DNA from: PVC group bacterium
GTDB lineage: Bacteria > Auribacterota > Erginobacteria > Erginobacterales > Erginobacteraceae
Length of the DNA: 64,000 nucleotides
Direction: 5' to 3'
Assembly (NCBI GenBank): GCA_043804695.1
Contig: JAZDIV010000033.1
Span: 1,907 to 65,906, forward strand
Of this stretch, positions 8,507 to 17,120 are shown one piece after another (the first letter of the stretch is position 1; the number at the start of each line of letters is the position of its first letter). The translations under genes were made by a program, and so were the position numbers. Below the pieces are notes generated by a model. The model saw only the letters and a program-made list of their open reading frames with translations, was not told the origin of the DNA and made no database searches.

Positions 8507-9952
8507 ATGATAAGAAAATCGCTCATCCAGAACGTTTTCCTCGCCGTTTTCGGGCTGCTGCTGGGAATGATCGCCCTCGAAGCCGGTTTGCGGGTTGCCG
8601 CTCGTGTGGTCATGTGGCAAAGAGACCGGGGGGCTTCGCCTTCTCCGGGTGAGCGCGGCCAGTTCACGATTTTATGCGTCGGGGAGTCGACCACCTACTG
8701 CGGCGACCGTTCGTATGCCTACCCCCGTCAGCTGGAATACATCCTGGGAGAACAACATCCCGGCCGCGGCATCCGGGTTATCAACAAAGGAAAACCGGGG
8801 TGCAATTCGGCTTATATAGCCCGCAAACTCCCGGAATGGCTGGCTGAAGATCAACCCGACCTGGTCGTCGCCATGATGGGAATCAATGACTCCCGGGAAC
8901 GGCTCGCAGCCTATTCCGCCGCCGGGGAGGAACCGGGGTTCTGGGAGCGCCTTCGCCTCGTCAAGGTTTTGCGTTTCGCCGGGCAGAACCTCGGATTCAT
9001 CCTGCGCTCCGGGATCAGGACTCTGACCTGGAATGCCGACGATTATGTTTTCGCAGGGATGCGTTTGCTTGAAATCGGGGATGATGAAGAGGCCACGCGT
9101 TTGTTCCGCCGCGCGCTCGAGCGTGACCCCCACTGTGCTGCCGCTCACACGGGCCTGGCCCGTTATTATCTGCACCGGCAGGATTTTAAAAAAATAATGA
9201 GTGAATGCGCTCTCGCGCTCACACACGATCCGAACAACGACCGGGCGATGACGGTCAAGGGGCGGGCGTGCATGGAACAGAGCAAATGGGGCGAGGCAGC
9301 CGGATATCTCGAGCAGGCATTGAGCATCAACCCCCTCAATGATGAAGCCCTCGGCGCCCTCGCCTGGTGCTATTACTGGAAGCAGAAACGTCTGCAGGAA
9401 GCCGAGGATCTTGCCCTCCGGGCTCTCCGGAGCGCCCCGGCGAACCACCTGGCGAACGCGGCGTTGTGGTCTGTGTACAGGAAGCGCGGGGAGACCGGGC
9501 GGGCGCTCGACGTTTGCCTGAAGGCCCACGAGGCCGAGCCCCTCAACGACCGCTACTGCGCCGAAATCGCTCAACTCTATGACGAACTGGGTGCCCCCGA
9601 ATCATCGGAGACATACCGCCAGAAAATCGAATCCGCGCGCCTGAGCGCCGTCAACCCCATGACGGTGGAGAGTTACCGGAAGATCAGGGAGATGTGCCGG
9701 GAGCGGGGGATCCTTCTGGTGGCGGTCCAGTACCCGATGCGAAGCGTTGAGCCGATCGAGAAGATCGTGGGGCCGGGCGAGGGGGTGATCGTCGTCGACA
9801 ACGAGCTCATCTTCAAGGAAGCGGTGAACCGGGACAGCTTTCAGGCATATTTTAAGGACAACTTCGCCGGAGATTTCGGACACTGCACCGCCGAGGGGAA
9901 CCGCCTCCTCGCCGACAACATCGCCCGGCATATCGGCCCGGAGATGAATTGA
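8507..9952 (+). CDS. SGNH/GDSL hydrolase with an internal TPR-repeat insertion
   Basis: N-terminal TM. Block I ILCVGESTTY. GINDS. About 200 aa of TPR-like repeats (ALERDPHCAAAHTGLARYY...). The C-terminus has GHCTAEGNRLLA (DxxH-type block V). Confidence 0.7.
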   Translation: MIRKSLIQNVFLAVFGLLLGMIALEAGLRVAARVVMWQRDRGASPSPGERGQFTILCVGESTTYCGDRSYAYPRQLEYILGEQHPGRGIRVINKGKPGCNSAYIARKLPEWLAEDQPDLVVAMMGINDSRERLAAYSAAGEEPGFWERLRLVKVLRFAGQNLGFILRSGIRTLTWNADDYVFAGMRLLEIGDDEEATRLFRRALERDPHCAAAHTGLARYYLHRQDFKKIMSECALALTHDPNNDRAMTVKGRACMEQSKWGEAAGYLEQALSINPLNDEALGALAWCYYWKQKRLQEAEDLALRALRSAPANHLANAALWSVYRKRGETGRALDVCLKAHEAEPLNDRYCAEIAQLYDELGAPESSETYRQKIESARLSAVNPMTVESYRKIREMCRERGILLVAVQYPMRSVEPIEKIVGPGEGVIVVDNELIFKEAVNRDSFQAYFKDNFAGDFGHCTAEGNRLLADNIARHIGPEMN

Positions 9953-9959
9953 AAGTCAA

Positions 9960-10223
9960 ATGGATCGTAAGCGAGCAGAGATCGACGTCCGCCATCTGAA
10001 GCGGGCGGTCTACGGGCCGGTCGTCGTCGCCTTCCTGGTTTTGATCGCCCTGGTATGGCTGGACGAAGCCCTTGACGTGCCTTTCCTTATCTATCGTACA
10101 TCCCAGACCGCGCCCGGATGGATAGAGGCGCTCGAAGAAACCCTTCTCATCTTCACCATCGCGTTCTTCACCATCGCGGCCCTGCGCGCCGGGCTTAACC
10201 GGCTCATCGACGGGACGAGATGA
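9960..10223 (+). CDS. small membrane protein, unknown function
   Basis: Two predicted TM helices. The stop overlaps the next start (ATGA). Confidence 0.45.
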   Translation: MDRKRAEIDVRHLKRAVYGPVVVAFLVLIALVWLDEALDVPFLIYRTSQTAPGWIEALEETLLIFTIAFFTIAALRAGLNRLIDGTR

Positions 10224-11782
10224 GAAAGCGGGTTGTTGTAGTGCTGCTCCTTATCCTCGTGACGGGAGCCTTTCTGCGGCTGTACCGGCTCGGGACCGTC
10301 CCCGGGGGCTTTTTCCGGGATGAGGCGTGGAACGGTTACAAAGCCTACTCTCTCCTGAAGACGGGAAAGGACACGCGGGGGAACGCTTTCCCGCTCTTCT
10401 TCGCCCAGTGGGGGGACATCTCTTTCAGCAGCCCCTTTGTGTACGCGTCCATCCCCTTCATTTACCTCTTCGGCCTCAACGAGACGGCCACCCGCCTTCC
10501 CGCCGCCCTTTTCGGCCTGCTAACGGTGGGGATGCTCTATCTCTGCGTGAAGGAATTTTTCGGTCGCGATCGTGCTCTGGCGGCCTCATTTCTGCTCGCC
10601 GTCTCCCCCTGGCATATCCAGTTCAGCCGGCTGGCATTTCGGGCGATTACCTTCCCGTTCTTCTTCCTGCTCGCGGTCTGCCTCTTGAAAAAGGGCCTTC
10701 GGCGGAAGGGATGGCTCCCTGTGGGGTTCGCGGTTCTGGGGGCGACTATTTACACCTACTCCTCTGCCATGGTTTTCATCCCGCTTTTCTGCGCGGTATA
10801 TCTCCTGGTTTACCGGCGCACCCTCTTCTGCCGGCAGACGGCGGTTGTGACGGTTCTTTCCCTTCTTCTCTTCTTAATCATTGTATATCCGGCGACGCTT
10901 CACAGCCGCACGTGGGAGGGGCAGCAATATTTCCGTGGAACGACCTATGTGGGCGATAAGCTGAGAGTGGGAGATCTTAAGGATTTCTTTTTAAGATACA
11001 TCGGCTATTTCTCTCCGGCGTATCTGGCCGGTTCCGGGCCGGAAGAGATTCCCTGGCCCAGCCCCTGGAAGTTCGGTCTGGTTTATTTCTTCGAGTACCC
11101 TCTTATCCTCCTTGGTCTCTATGTGTTCATGAGTCGCCGGACACGGGACCGCTGGCTCTTTATCGGCTGGCTTTTCCTCTATCCTTTTTCAGTGTCTCTC
11201 ACCGATGCCTATTTTCACAGCCTGCGCACCTTCATCGCGGCACCTCTCTGGCCGGTGCTGGGCGCCGAGGGGCTCTGCCGTGTGGTGGAGTTCGTTCGCC
11301 GTCGTCGAAGATGGTGGTTGGTTGCGGGATATTCGTTCGCTGCCGCCGCCCTGCTGAACATTGCTCTTTTCGTTCACGCGTTTTTCACAGGATACAGCGC
11401 TAAGTCGTCGGCGGCCCTCCAATACGGCTACCGGGAGGCCATCGGTTACATCGAGTCGATCCGAAAACCGGAGGACGTGGTGAAAGTGCACTCAGATCTG
11501 GTGCTTTCCTATATCTTTGTTATCTTTTACACCGAGTTCGACCCGGATTATTTCCACAAGGCTTCCTTTCGACTCTCTACCCGGCGGAGCGGGTGTTACT
11601 CCGCGTATGGCAACATCGGCCCGTATTACTTCTCCACGGACGATCTTGATTGGGAAAATCCAACGGGGAAAATATATTATCTCAGCAGGCCGAGCCGGAG
11701 GAAGGATGGCTGGAGAAAGCTCAAAACAATCACAGATCCGAGCGGCGCCGCCCAGCTCCAGATTTGGGAGTTGCGGAAATAA
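10220..11782 (+). CDS. GT39/ArnT-like membrane glycosyltransferase (PMT_2 family)
   Basis: Polytopic membrane protein. N-terminal RLYRLGTVPGGFFRDEAWNGYKAYSLL is typical of ArnT/PMT-like enzymes. Confidence 0.8.
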   Translation: MRKRVVVVLLLILVTGAFLRLYRLGTVPGGFFRDEAWNGYKAYSLLKTGKDTRGNAFPLFFAQWGDISFSSPFVYASIPFIYLFGLNETATRLPAALFGLLTVGMLYLCVKEFFGRDRALAASFLLAVSPWHIQFSRLAFRAITFPFFFLLAVCLLKKGLRRKGWLPVGFAVLGATIYTYSSAMVFIPLFCAVYLLVYRRTLFCRQTAVVTVLSLLLFLIIVYPATLHSRTWEGQQYFRGTTYVGDKLRVGDLKDFFLRYIGYFSPAYLAGSGPEEIPWPSPWKFGLVYFFEYPLILLGLYVFMSRRTRDRWLFIGWLFLYPFSVSLTDAYFHSLRTFIAAPLWPVLGAEGLCRVVEFVRRRRRWWLVAGYSFAAAALLNIALFVHAFFTGYSAKSSAALQYGYREAIGYIESIRKPEDVVKVHSDLVLSYIFVIFYTEFDPDYFHKASFRLSTRRSGCYSAYGNIGPYYFSTDDLDWENPTGKIYYLSRPSRRKDGWRKLKTITDPSGAAQLQIWELRK

Positions 11783-11818
11783 AGAAGAGGGATTATCTCT
11801 TCGGGACGGGGCCTGGTT

Positions 11819-11847
11819 AAATCAGATGGATCGGTCTGATTTTTTTC
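11819..11847 (+). terminator. rho-independent terminator
   Basis: aatcaga-tggatcgg-tctgatt followed by a T-run. Confidence 0.6.
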
Positions 11848-11874
11848 TTGCCCGACTTCGCCGGTTCAAAGAAA

Positions 11875-12648
11875 ATGAGCGCTGGCATGGAAAACCGGGG
11901 TAAATCCAGAAGACTTCGCCCCAGCGGAGGTTACCGGACACTCCGTTCATTCCGGGTGACAACGATCATCTACGACGCCACGGTCTCGTTCTGCGACCGT
12001 TTCCTGAACAAACGCTCACGCACCGTGGACCAGATGGTTCAGGCAGCCCGGAGCGGGCGCCAGAACATCGCCGAAGGCAGCCGGGCGGCGGCAACCTCGA
12101 GTCAGACCGAGCTGCGTCTGGTGAATGTCGCCCGGGCCAGCCTCGATGAACTCCTCCTCGATTATGAAGATTTCCTCCGACAGCGAGAGCTGGTTCAATG
12201 GGGAAAAGACGATCCGCGGGCAAGGGAAGTACGGGCGGTGGGGAAGCAGCATCAGACCAATCGGTCCGATCCGTCGGATTCCAAACCCTACGCCGCCTGG
12301 CTCAACCACACCGATCCGGCGGTGGTCGCCAACGCCGTGACCTGCCTGATTCACCAGGCCAATTACCTGCTCGATCGGCAAATTGCCGGGCTGGAACGGC
12401 AGTTCATCGAGGAAGGCGGCTACAGTGAGCGGCTGGCGGCGGCGCGAATTGAGAAGCGGCGGGGGATGAAAAATCAGTCGGATCAGTCCGATCAGACGGA
12501 TCCGACCGATAAAAACTTCCCCCCCTGCCCGCTCTGCGGTGGCCTGATGGTTCCGCGGACCGCCCGCAAGGGAAAGAACGCGGGGAGACAGTTCTGGGGC
12601 TGCGTCGCTTTCCCGGAGTGCAAAGGCACCCGACCATTTGAAGGATGA
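11875..12648 (+). CDS. four-helix-bundle protein (TIGR02436-like, with suffix region) fused to a topoisomerase-type C4 zinc finger
   Basis: RSFRVTTIIYDATVSFCDRF...QMVQAARSGRQNIAEGS. C-terminus CPLCGGLMVPRTARKGKNAGRQFWGCVAFPECKGT. The start is uncertain (TTG 11848 or ATG 11875). Confidence 0.75.
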   Translation: MSAGMENRGKSRRLRPSGGYRTLRSFRVTTIIYDATVSFCDRFLNKRSRTVDQMVQAARSGRQNIAEGSRAAATSSQTELRLVNVARASLDELLLDYEDFLRQRELVQWGKDDPRAREVRAVGKQHQTNRSDPSDSKPYAAWLNHTDPAVVANAVTCLIHQANYLLDRQIAGLERQFIEEGGYSERLAAARIEKRRGMKNQSDQSDQTDPTDKNFPPCPLCGGLMVPRTARKGKNAGRQFWGCVAFPECKGTRPFEG

Positions 12649-12721
12649 GAAGTTGAGGGGAGAAGTGCTCCCCATCCCGGTCCTCCCCCGCCTGCCGGGC
12701 ATAGCCGCTGACCTGACGGTA

Positions 12722-13987
12722 CTACTCCTCCGGCGCCCCCTTCATCCTCAGTTGAGCGCCAGTGACGCTATTTGATTCCGGCCGGCCGTACCCTTCGGGA
12801 TAGAGATAGGAGCCCCGCTCCGACTCCGGCTTCTCCTCTTCCACCTGGATCCGGTTATCCTCCGCCCAGGGGTCCCGGCGGATGCCGGTCACCTGCCAGG
12901 AGACCTCCATCCCGGGGGTCCCGCCGGCGATCCGGAAGCTGTTCCCGGACACCTTTTGCGAGATGTAAAGGTTCGGGCCGGGCGCCCCGAGCGGGGTGAG
13001 CTGATAGCGGAAATCGCGGTTGAGGGCCTCGAACCAGTCCGGGAGCGTCACCGCCGCTTCCCCGCTCCCGTCGAGGACCGCGGTGCCATTGTAAATATTC
13101 ATCATGTCCGGCGACTCGACGAAGGAGTGGCTCAGGTAGCGGTTCTCCGGGTCGAGGGGATGGTCGATCCGGAAGCTGCCGCCGGTTTTGTAAAGGGTGC
13201 CCGTGATATTAACATCCCCATTGAACCAGCCGGCGTAACCGGAGGAACTTTCACCATAGATACCCACCCCGAAGTTACTTTTTCCTCCGACGGCTCTCCC
13301 GTTGCTTGCTGTGGTTTCAAACCATCCGGCGTCGTTGGAACCTCCCCGCACCTCTAATTGATAGGTGGGGCTCGCCGTTCCGATGCCAACCCGGCCGGTG
13401 CTCTGCACGATGAAGGCTGACCCCCCCGGCCCGGCGGAGATGAAATTCTGTCCGCAGTCGATAATATCGATTCCGTTATAGGGAGTATCATGGATATAGA
13501 GGGCGCTCCAGCCGGTATTGGCAATTTCAACGCCGTGCCAGGGAGAATTCACGAAGTATCCCCGGCCGCCGTCAACGGTGAGGCGATCCTGGACATAAAG
13601 AGAGTCGGTCCCGATCCCGACGTTTCCCGCGGTAAAATAAAGATTATTCCCTTTCGGGGTCCAGCGGCCGCCCGGCGCGCTGAGGGGGATATCGGTGCCC
13701 CCGCCGTAGTAGGCCCGGGTCAGCCCCCGCACCGCCCAGAGACCGGTTACCGGGCGGAAGATGGCGATATCGTCTTTCCCGTTGTTATTATAGTCCCCGG
13801 GGACCGGGATGTCGCCCGAACCGCCGAAATAGACCCGGGTTATCCCCCGCACCGACCAGAGCCCGCTGGCGGGCCGGAAGATCCCGATGTCATCCCTGCC
13901 ATCCCCGCCGAAGTCCGCTCCCGCCACCGCCCAATTCCAGCTCAAACCGAGCACTGCAACCGCCAGCACCGCCGCCGTTCTTTTCAT
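12722..13987 (-). CDS. secreted protein: two GDYDGDG/GLWAVRG repeat units, a GNVGIGT fibre-like region, and a conserved C-terminal domain
   Basis: AAGGAGG RBS before ATG 13987. Signal peptide MKRTAAVLAVAVLGLS. Two repeat units. C-terminus SFRIDHPLDPENRYLSHSFVESPDMMNIYNG...SWQVTGIRRD. Confidence 0.8.
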   Translation of the reverse strand: MKRTAAVLAVAVLGLSWNWAVAGADFGGDGRDDIGIFRPASGLWSVRGITRVYFGGSGDIPVPGDYNNNGKDDIAIFRPVTGLWAVRGLTRAYYGGGTDIPLSAPGGRWTPKGNNLYFTAGNVGIGTDSLYVQDRLTVDGGRGYFVNSPWHGVEIANTGWSALYIHDTPYNGIDIIDCGQNFISAGPGGSAFIVQSTGRVGIGTASPTYQLEVRGGSNDAGWFETTASNGRAVGGKSNFGVGIYGESSSGYAGWFNGDVNITGTLYKTGGSFRIDHPLDPENRYLSHSFVESPDMMNIYNGTAVLDGSGEAAVTLPDWFEALNRDFRYQLTPLGAPGPNLYISQKVSGNSFRIAGGTPGMEVSWQVTGIRRDPWAEDNRIQVEEEKPESERGSYLYPEGYGRPESNSVTGAQLRMKGAPEE

Positions 13988-14218
13988 ACCACTGCCTCCT
14001 TTTTTCTCTCCTGCGACCACGACGGTGCGCGGCCCTCCAGACTTGCCGCTGGAGGGACGCGCTCTGCCGCGTCAGAAGCAGCTTGTTTACCCTGCAGATA
14101 CAGCCGTTATTCTCCTGATAGCCCTCTTCCGGCAGTTTCGCCGTCTTTTCAGTGGGAGGGCGTTTCCTGTTCATAGGGCTTCCTTCCATCGGGTTATCGG
14201 ATGCTGAAAACGGCGTTT

Positions 14219-14503
14219 CTACTCCTTTGTCTTCAAGCGGCAGCAGCCCGGCGAACCCATATCCAGGCCGCAGTGGGGGCACTTCTCGGCGCCCGCCCGG
14301 CAGCAGAGCTCGGTTCCCTTGACCTGACCGCATTTGGAACAGAGGGCCTTCATGTCCACCGCGGCGGCCGCGACCGCAGGCATGCCGCAGCCCTGTTTCC
14401 CGGCCGATTGTTTTGCCGGGCAGCAGCCGGCCATGGCCGGGGTCGCCGCCAGGCAACCGATCACCAGGACCAGACCGCAGATGATGAGATGTCTTGGCAT
14501 CAT
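14219..14503 (-). CDS. small Cys-rich secreted protein or lipoprotein (putative metal-binding)
   Basis: AAGGAGG RBS 5 nt before ATG 14503. Signal segment LIICGLVLVIGC. Contains GCCPAK, CSKCG, LCCRAG, CPHCG and GCCRLK. Lies 45 nt downstream of hcp on the same strand. Confidence 0.6.
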   Translation of the reverse strand: MMPRHLIICGLVLVIGCLAATPAMAGCCPAKQSAGKQGCGMPAVAAAAVDMKALCSKCGQVKGTELCCRAGAEKCPHCGLDMGSPGCCRLKTKE

Positions 14504-14566
14504 TGCATCCTCCTTATTCATTTTGTTGCTTCTTTTTTAACGGCGCCGGCATTCCGGCCGCCGGAA

Positions 14567-16207
14567 TTATGAACTTAGAATCTCTGCCAGGTCCTCTTCC
14601 GGATCCCCGATCGGCCTGATCGCGAATTTCTTCACCAGGACCTGGAGGACGCCGGGCGAGACAAACGCCGGGAGGCTGGGGCCAAGGCGGATACCCTTGA
14701 TCCCGAGGTGGAGGAGGGAGAGGAGGACCACCACCGCCTTCTGCTCGTACCAAGAGATGATCAGGGAGAGCGGAAGATCGTTGACCCCGCACTCAAACGC
14801 CCCGGCCAGGGCCTGGGCAATCCGCACCGCCGAGTAGGCGTCGTTGCACTGCCCGACGTCGAGGAGCCGCGGGATCCCGCCAATCTCGCCGAAGTCTCGG
14901 GTATTGAAACGGTACTTTCCGCAGGCCAGCGTCAGGATCACGGTGTCTTTCGGCGTCAGTTCGGCAAATTTTGTGAAGTAGTTCCGCCCGGGCTTGGCCC
15001 CGTCGCAGCCGCCGATCAGGAAGAAATGTTTGATGGCTCCGGTCTTCACCGCTTCGACTACCTGGCCGGCCACGGAGAGAACCGCCTCGTGGGCGAACCC
15101 GACGGTGATGGTCTTCCCCGCCGACTCCTCGAACCCTCCCAGCTTTTTCGCCTTCGCAATCACCGCCGAGAAGTCCTTCGGGCCCCCGTCACGGTCCGGG
15201 ATGTGCGTCACACCCGGCCAGGCGACCAGACCGGTGGTAAAGACCCGGTCCCGGTAGGAGTCGAGCGGCTTCTGGATGCAGTTGGTGGTGAAGAGGATGG
15301 CGGCGGGCACGCCGTCGAACTCCTTTTGCTGGTTCTGCCAGGCGGTGCCGAAGTTCCCCGCCAGATGCCGGTTTTTCTTCAGACCGGGGTACCCGTGGGC
15401 GGGGAGCATCTCCCCGTGGGTGTAAACGTTGACCCCGGTGCCCTCGGTCTGCCGGAGCAGCTCTGCCAGGTCCTTGAGGTCGTGCCCGGTGATGATGATG
15501 GCCGGTCCCTTCCGGGTCCCCAGGAAGACCGGAGACGGTTCCGGAACCCCGAAGTGCTCCCGGTGTCCCTCCGAGAGGAGCGCCATCGCGATGATGTTCA
15601 CCCTCCCGCACTCCAGGTTCAGGGAAACCAGTTCGTCGGCGGAACGGTCGCCTTCCGCCAGGACGGCAAGAGCCCGATTGATAAAATCGTACACCTCGTT
15701 CGAGTCGCTGCCCAGAATACGCGCGTGGTCAGTGTAGGCGGAGAGCCCCTTCAGCCCGAAGAGCAGAAGATGCTCCAGCGAGCGGAGATCTTCGGGCTTT
15801 TTGGGGTCGGCCATCAAGCCGACGCCCGCCGCCTGCTCCAGAAGCTCCGCCCTTGTCCCCGCGGGCTCCCAGGCGGCCGCGGCCGGCGGCCGGAGGCCGG
15901 GATCGGGGGACAGCCCCCGGGCTTTCTCTTTGACTTCCGCCGCCCGGCGGATCAGTCCCTCCAGGCGATCGGGATCGAAGTCGACGTTGGTGATCGTACT
16001 GAAGAGGGCCCGCACGATGAATTCGTTCACCTCCGGGTCCCGTTTCCCCGCCGCCGCACCGAGGGCGGCATACCAGCCGATCCCTTTCACTGCGTGGACC
16101 AGCAGATCCTGCAGGGCGGCTGTCTCCGGGGTCTTCCCGCAGACTCCTCCCACCGTGCAGCCGGTACCTTTGGCCGTCTGTTCACACTGGTAACAAAACA
16201 TGTTCAT
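14567..16207 (-). CDS. hcp: hybrid cluster protein / hydroxylamine reductase
   Basis: N-terminus MFCYQCEQTAKGTGCT. Full-length (546 aa) prismane-family architecture. Confidence 0.95.
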   Translation of the reverse strand: MNMFCYQCEQTAKGTGCTVGGVCGKTPETAALQDLLVHAVKGIGWYAALGAAAGKRDPEVNEFIVRALFSTITNVDFDPDRLEGLIRRAAEVKEKARGLSPDPGLRPPAAAAWEPAGTRAELLEQAAGVGLMADPKKPEDLRSLEHLLLFGLKGLSAYTDHARILGSDSNEVYDFINRALAVLAEGDRSADELVSLNLECGRVNIIAMALLSEGHREHFGVPEPSPVFLGTRKGPAIIITGHDLKDLAELLRQTEGTGVNVYTHGEMLPAHGYPGLKKNRHLAGNFGTAWQNQQKEFDGVPAAILFTTNCIQKPLDSYRDRVFTTGLVAWPGVTHIPDRDGGPKDFSAVIAKAKKLGGFEESAGKTITVGFAHEAVLSVAGQVVEAVKTGAIKHFFLIGGCDGAKPGRNYFTKFAELTPKDTVILTLACGKYRFNTRDFGEIGGIPRLLDVGQCNDAYSAVRIAQALAGAFECGVNDLPLSLIISWYEQKAVVVLLSLLHLGIKGIRLGPSLPAFVSPGVLQVLVKKFAIRPIGDPEEDLAEILSS

Positions 16208-16361
16208 CTCGTACCTCCTTATAAATTACTCGCTTCGCTCACAACTTTTGCCACTAAGACACCAAGACACCAAGAAAAACCAAATAAAGTGAGTATTTTT
16301 CTTTTCCCTCTTTTCTTGGTGTCTTTGTGCCTTGGTGGCTAATAATTTTTAAATTCCGAAA
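16208..16361 (-). repeat. leader cassette copy A (long ACCAAGACAC hairpin plus conserved 5' and 3' flanks) upstream of hcp
   Basis: 16250-16340 matches the reverse complement of 56726-56820, with 2 mismatches by eye in the first ~50 nt. The flanks tggctaata...aaattccgaaacag and aaaagtt... are shared. Both copies have the same orientation relative to the downstream ORF, with the hairpin ending about 41-43 nt before the start codon. Confidence 0.8.
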
Positions 16362-16368
16362 CAGCGTC

Positions 16369-16806
16369 TTATTCCACACCGCAACTGGTGGACTGTTTCA
16401 TTTTTTCCGGATGCGGGGTTTTGATGATCAGGAACGTCGCGTCTTCCCCGGATTGGTTGACGATGTTCATCGGGGTCCCGTTGGCCACCGGGACCAGGTC
16501 GCCTTCCCGCGCCCGGATCTTCTCCCCGGCCAGGTCCACGACCACCTCGCCTTTGACCACCAGGAGGTGAATGTTTGAGTTGGCGTTGTGCTGGGGGACC
16601 ATCTGACCCGGTTTCAAGGCTGCCTGCATCAGCAGCAGGTAGTCCTCGTCCACCAGCTTTCTCTTTCCCACCCCCTCGTCCTGGCATGGTATTTCTTTCA
16701 ACACGTTTATCTCCGGCATCATCACCTCCTCGCCACCGTCACACCGGGGGCCCAGTATTGTTACGGCTATCAAACCGCATACAACCGTTAAGCTCTTCTT
16801 TATCAT
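16369..16806 (-). CDS. cupin-domain protein with N-terminal signal/TM segment
   Basis: GGAAGGAG RBS before ATG 16806. Cupin core PGQMVPQHNANSNIHLLVVKGEVVVDLAG. Confidence 0.7.
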   Translation of the reverse strand: MIKKSLTVVCGLIAVTILGPRCDGGEEVMMPEINVLKEIPCQDEGVGKRKLVDEDYLLLMQAALKPGQMVPQHNANSNIHLLVVKGEVVVDLAGEKIRAREGDLVPVANGTPMNIVNQSGEDATFLIIKTPHPEKMKQSTSCGVE

Positions 16807-17018
16807 CTTCTTACCTTTCTCCTTCCTGTTTCTGTCCTTGCCTTCGCCGACGTCCCTGGTGCAGACGATCGTATTTTTCCGGGCCCTCCGACAACAGACC
16901 CCCGCGGCCTTGTGCCGCGGGTGAATCAGTTCACTGGCTACCCCCGACGCCCCCCCTTCCCAGGAGCTGGGGTTGTTTGGACACCCATTGTAGCCTGTGA
17001 ACTTCCGCTCCGGCGGGA

Positions 17019-17064
17019 CTCCTTCGACTCCGCTCCCTTCGACTGCGCTCAGGGTCTTCGACAG
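17019..17064. repeat. AGTCGAAGG / CCCTGAGCG element (related in inverted orientation to 40041-40100)
   Basis: The reverse complement of 17019-17064 shares accctgagcg, cagtcgaagg and ggagtcgaag, in that order, with 40048-40095. Confidence 0.6.
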
Positions 17065-17120
17065 GATCTTCGAAAAGCCGCCGGGGGCGGGTGCTGCTTT
17101 GCGGCCGGTTGTAATATTCC

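Noticed and set aside
12722-13987. Prophage tail-fibre gene / prophage region
   Set aside because: Fibre-like GNVGIGT segments are present, but no capsid, terminase, integrase or other phage genes flank either copy. The proteins carry Sec signal peptides and the host-specific repeat units.
14708-16342. 544-aa ORF on the plus strand
   Set aside because: It is exactly antisense to hcp, which has unambiguous family motifs. The product is Arg/Pro/Gly-rich and low-complexity.
16807-17120. Possible small gene in the 315-nt rrf2-cupin spacer (ORFs 16912-17130, 16931-17164, 16997-17188)
   Set aside because: These are overlapping short ORFs in all frames with no RBS. The region contains repeat-element sequence (17019-17064) shared with the cus intergenic element.
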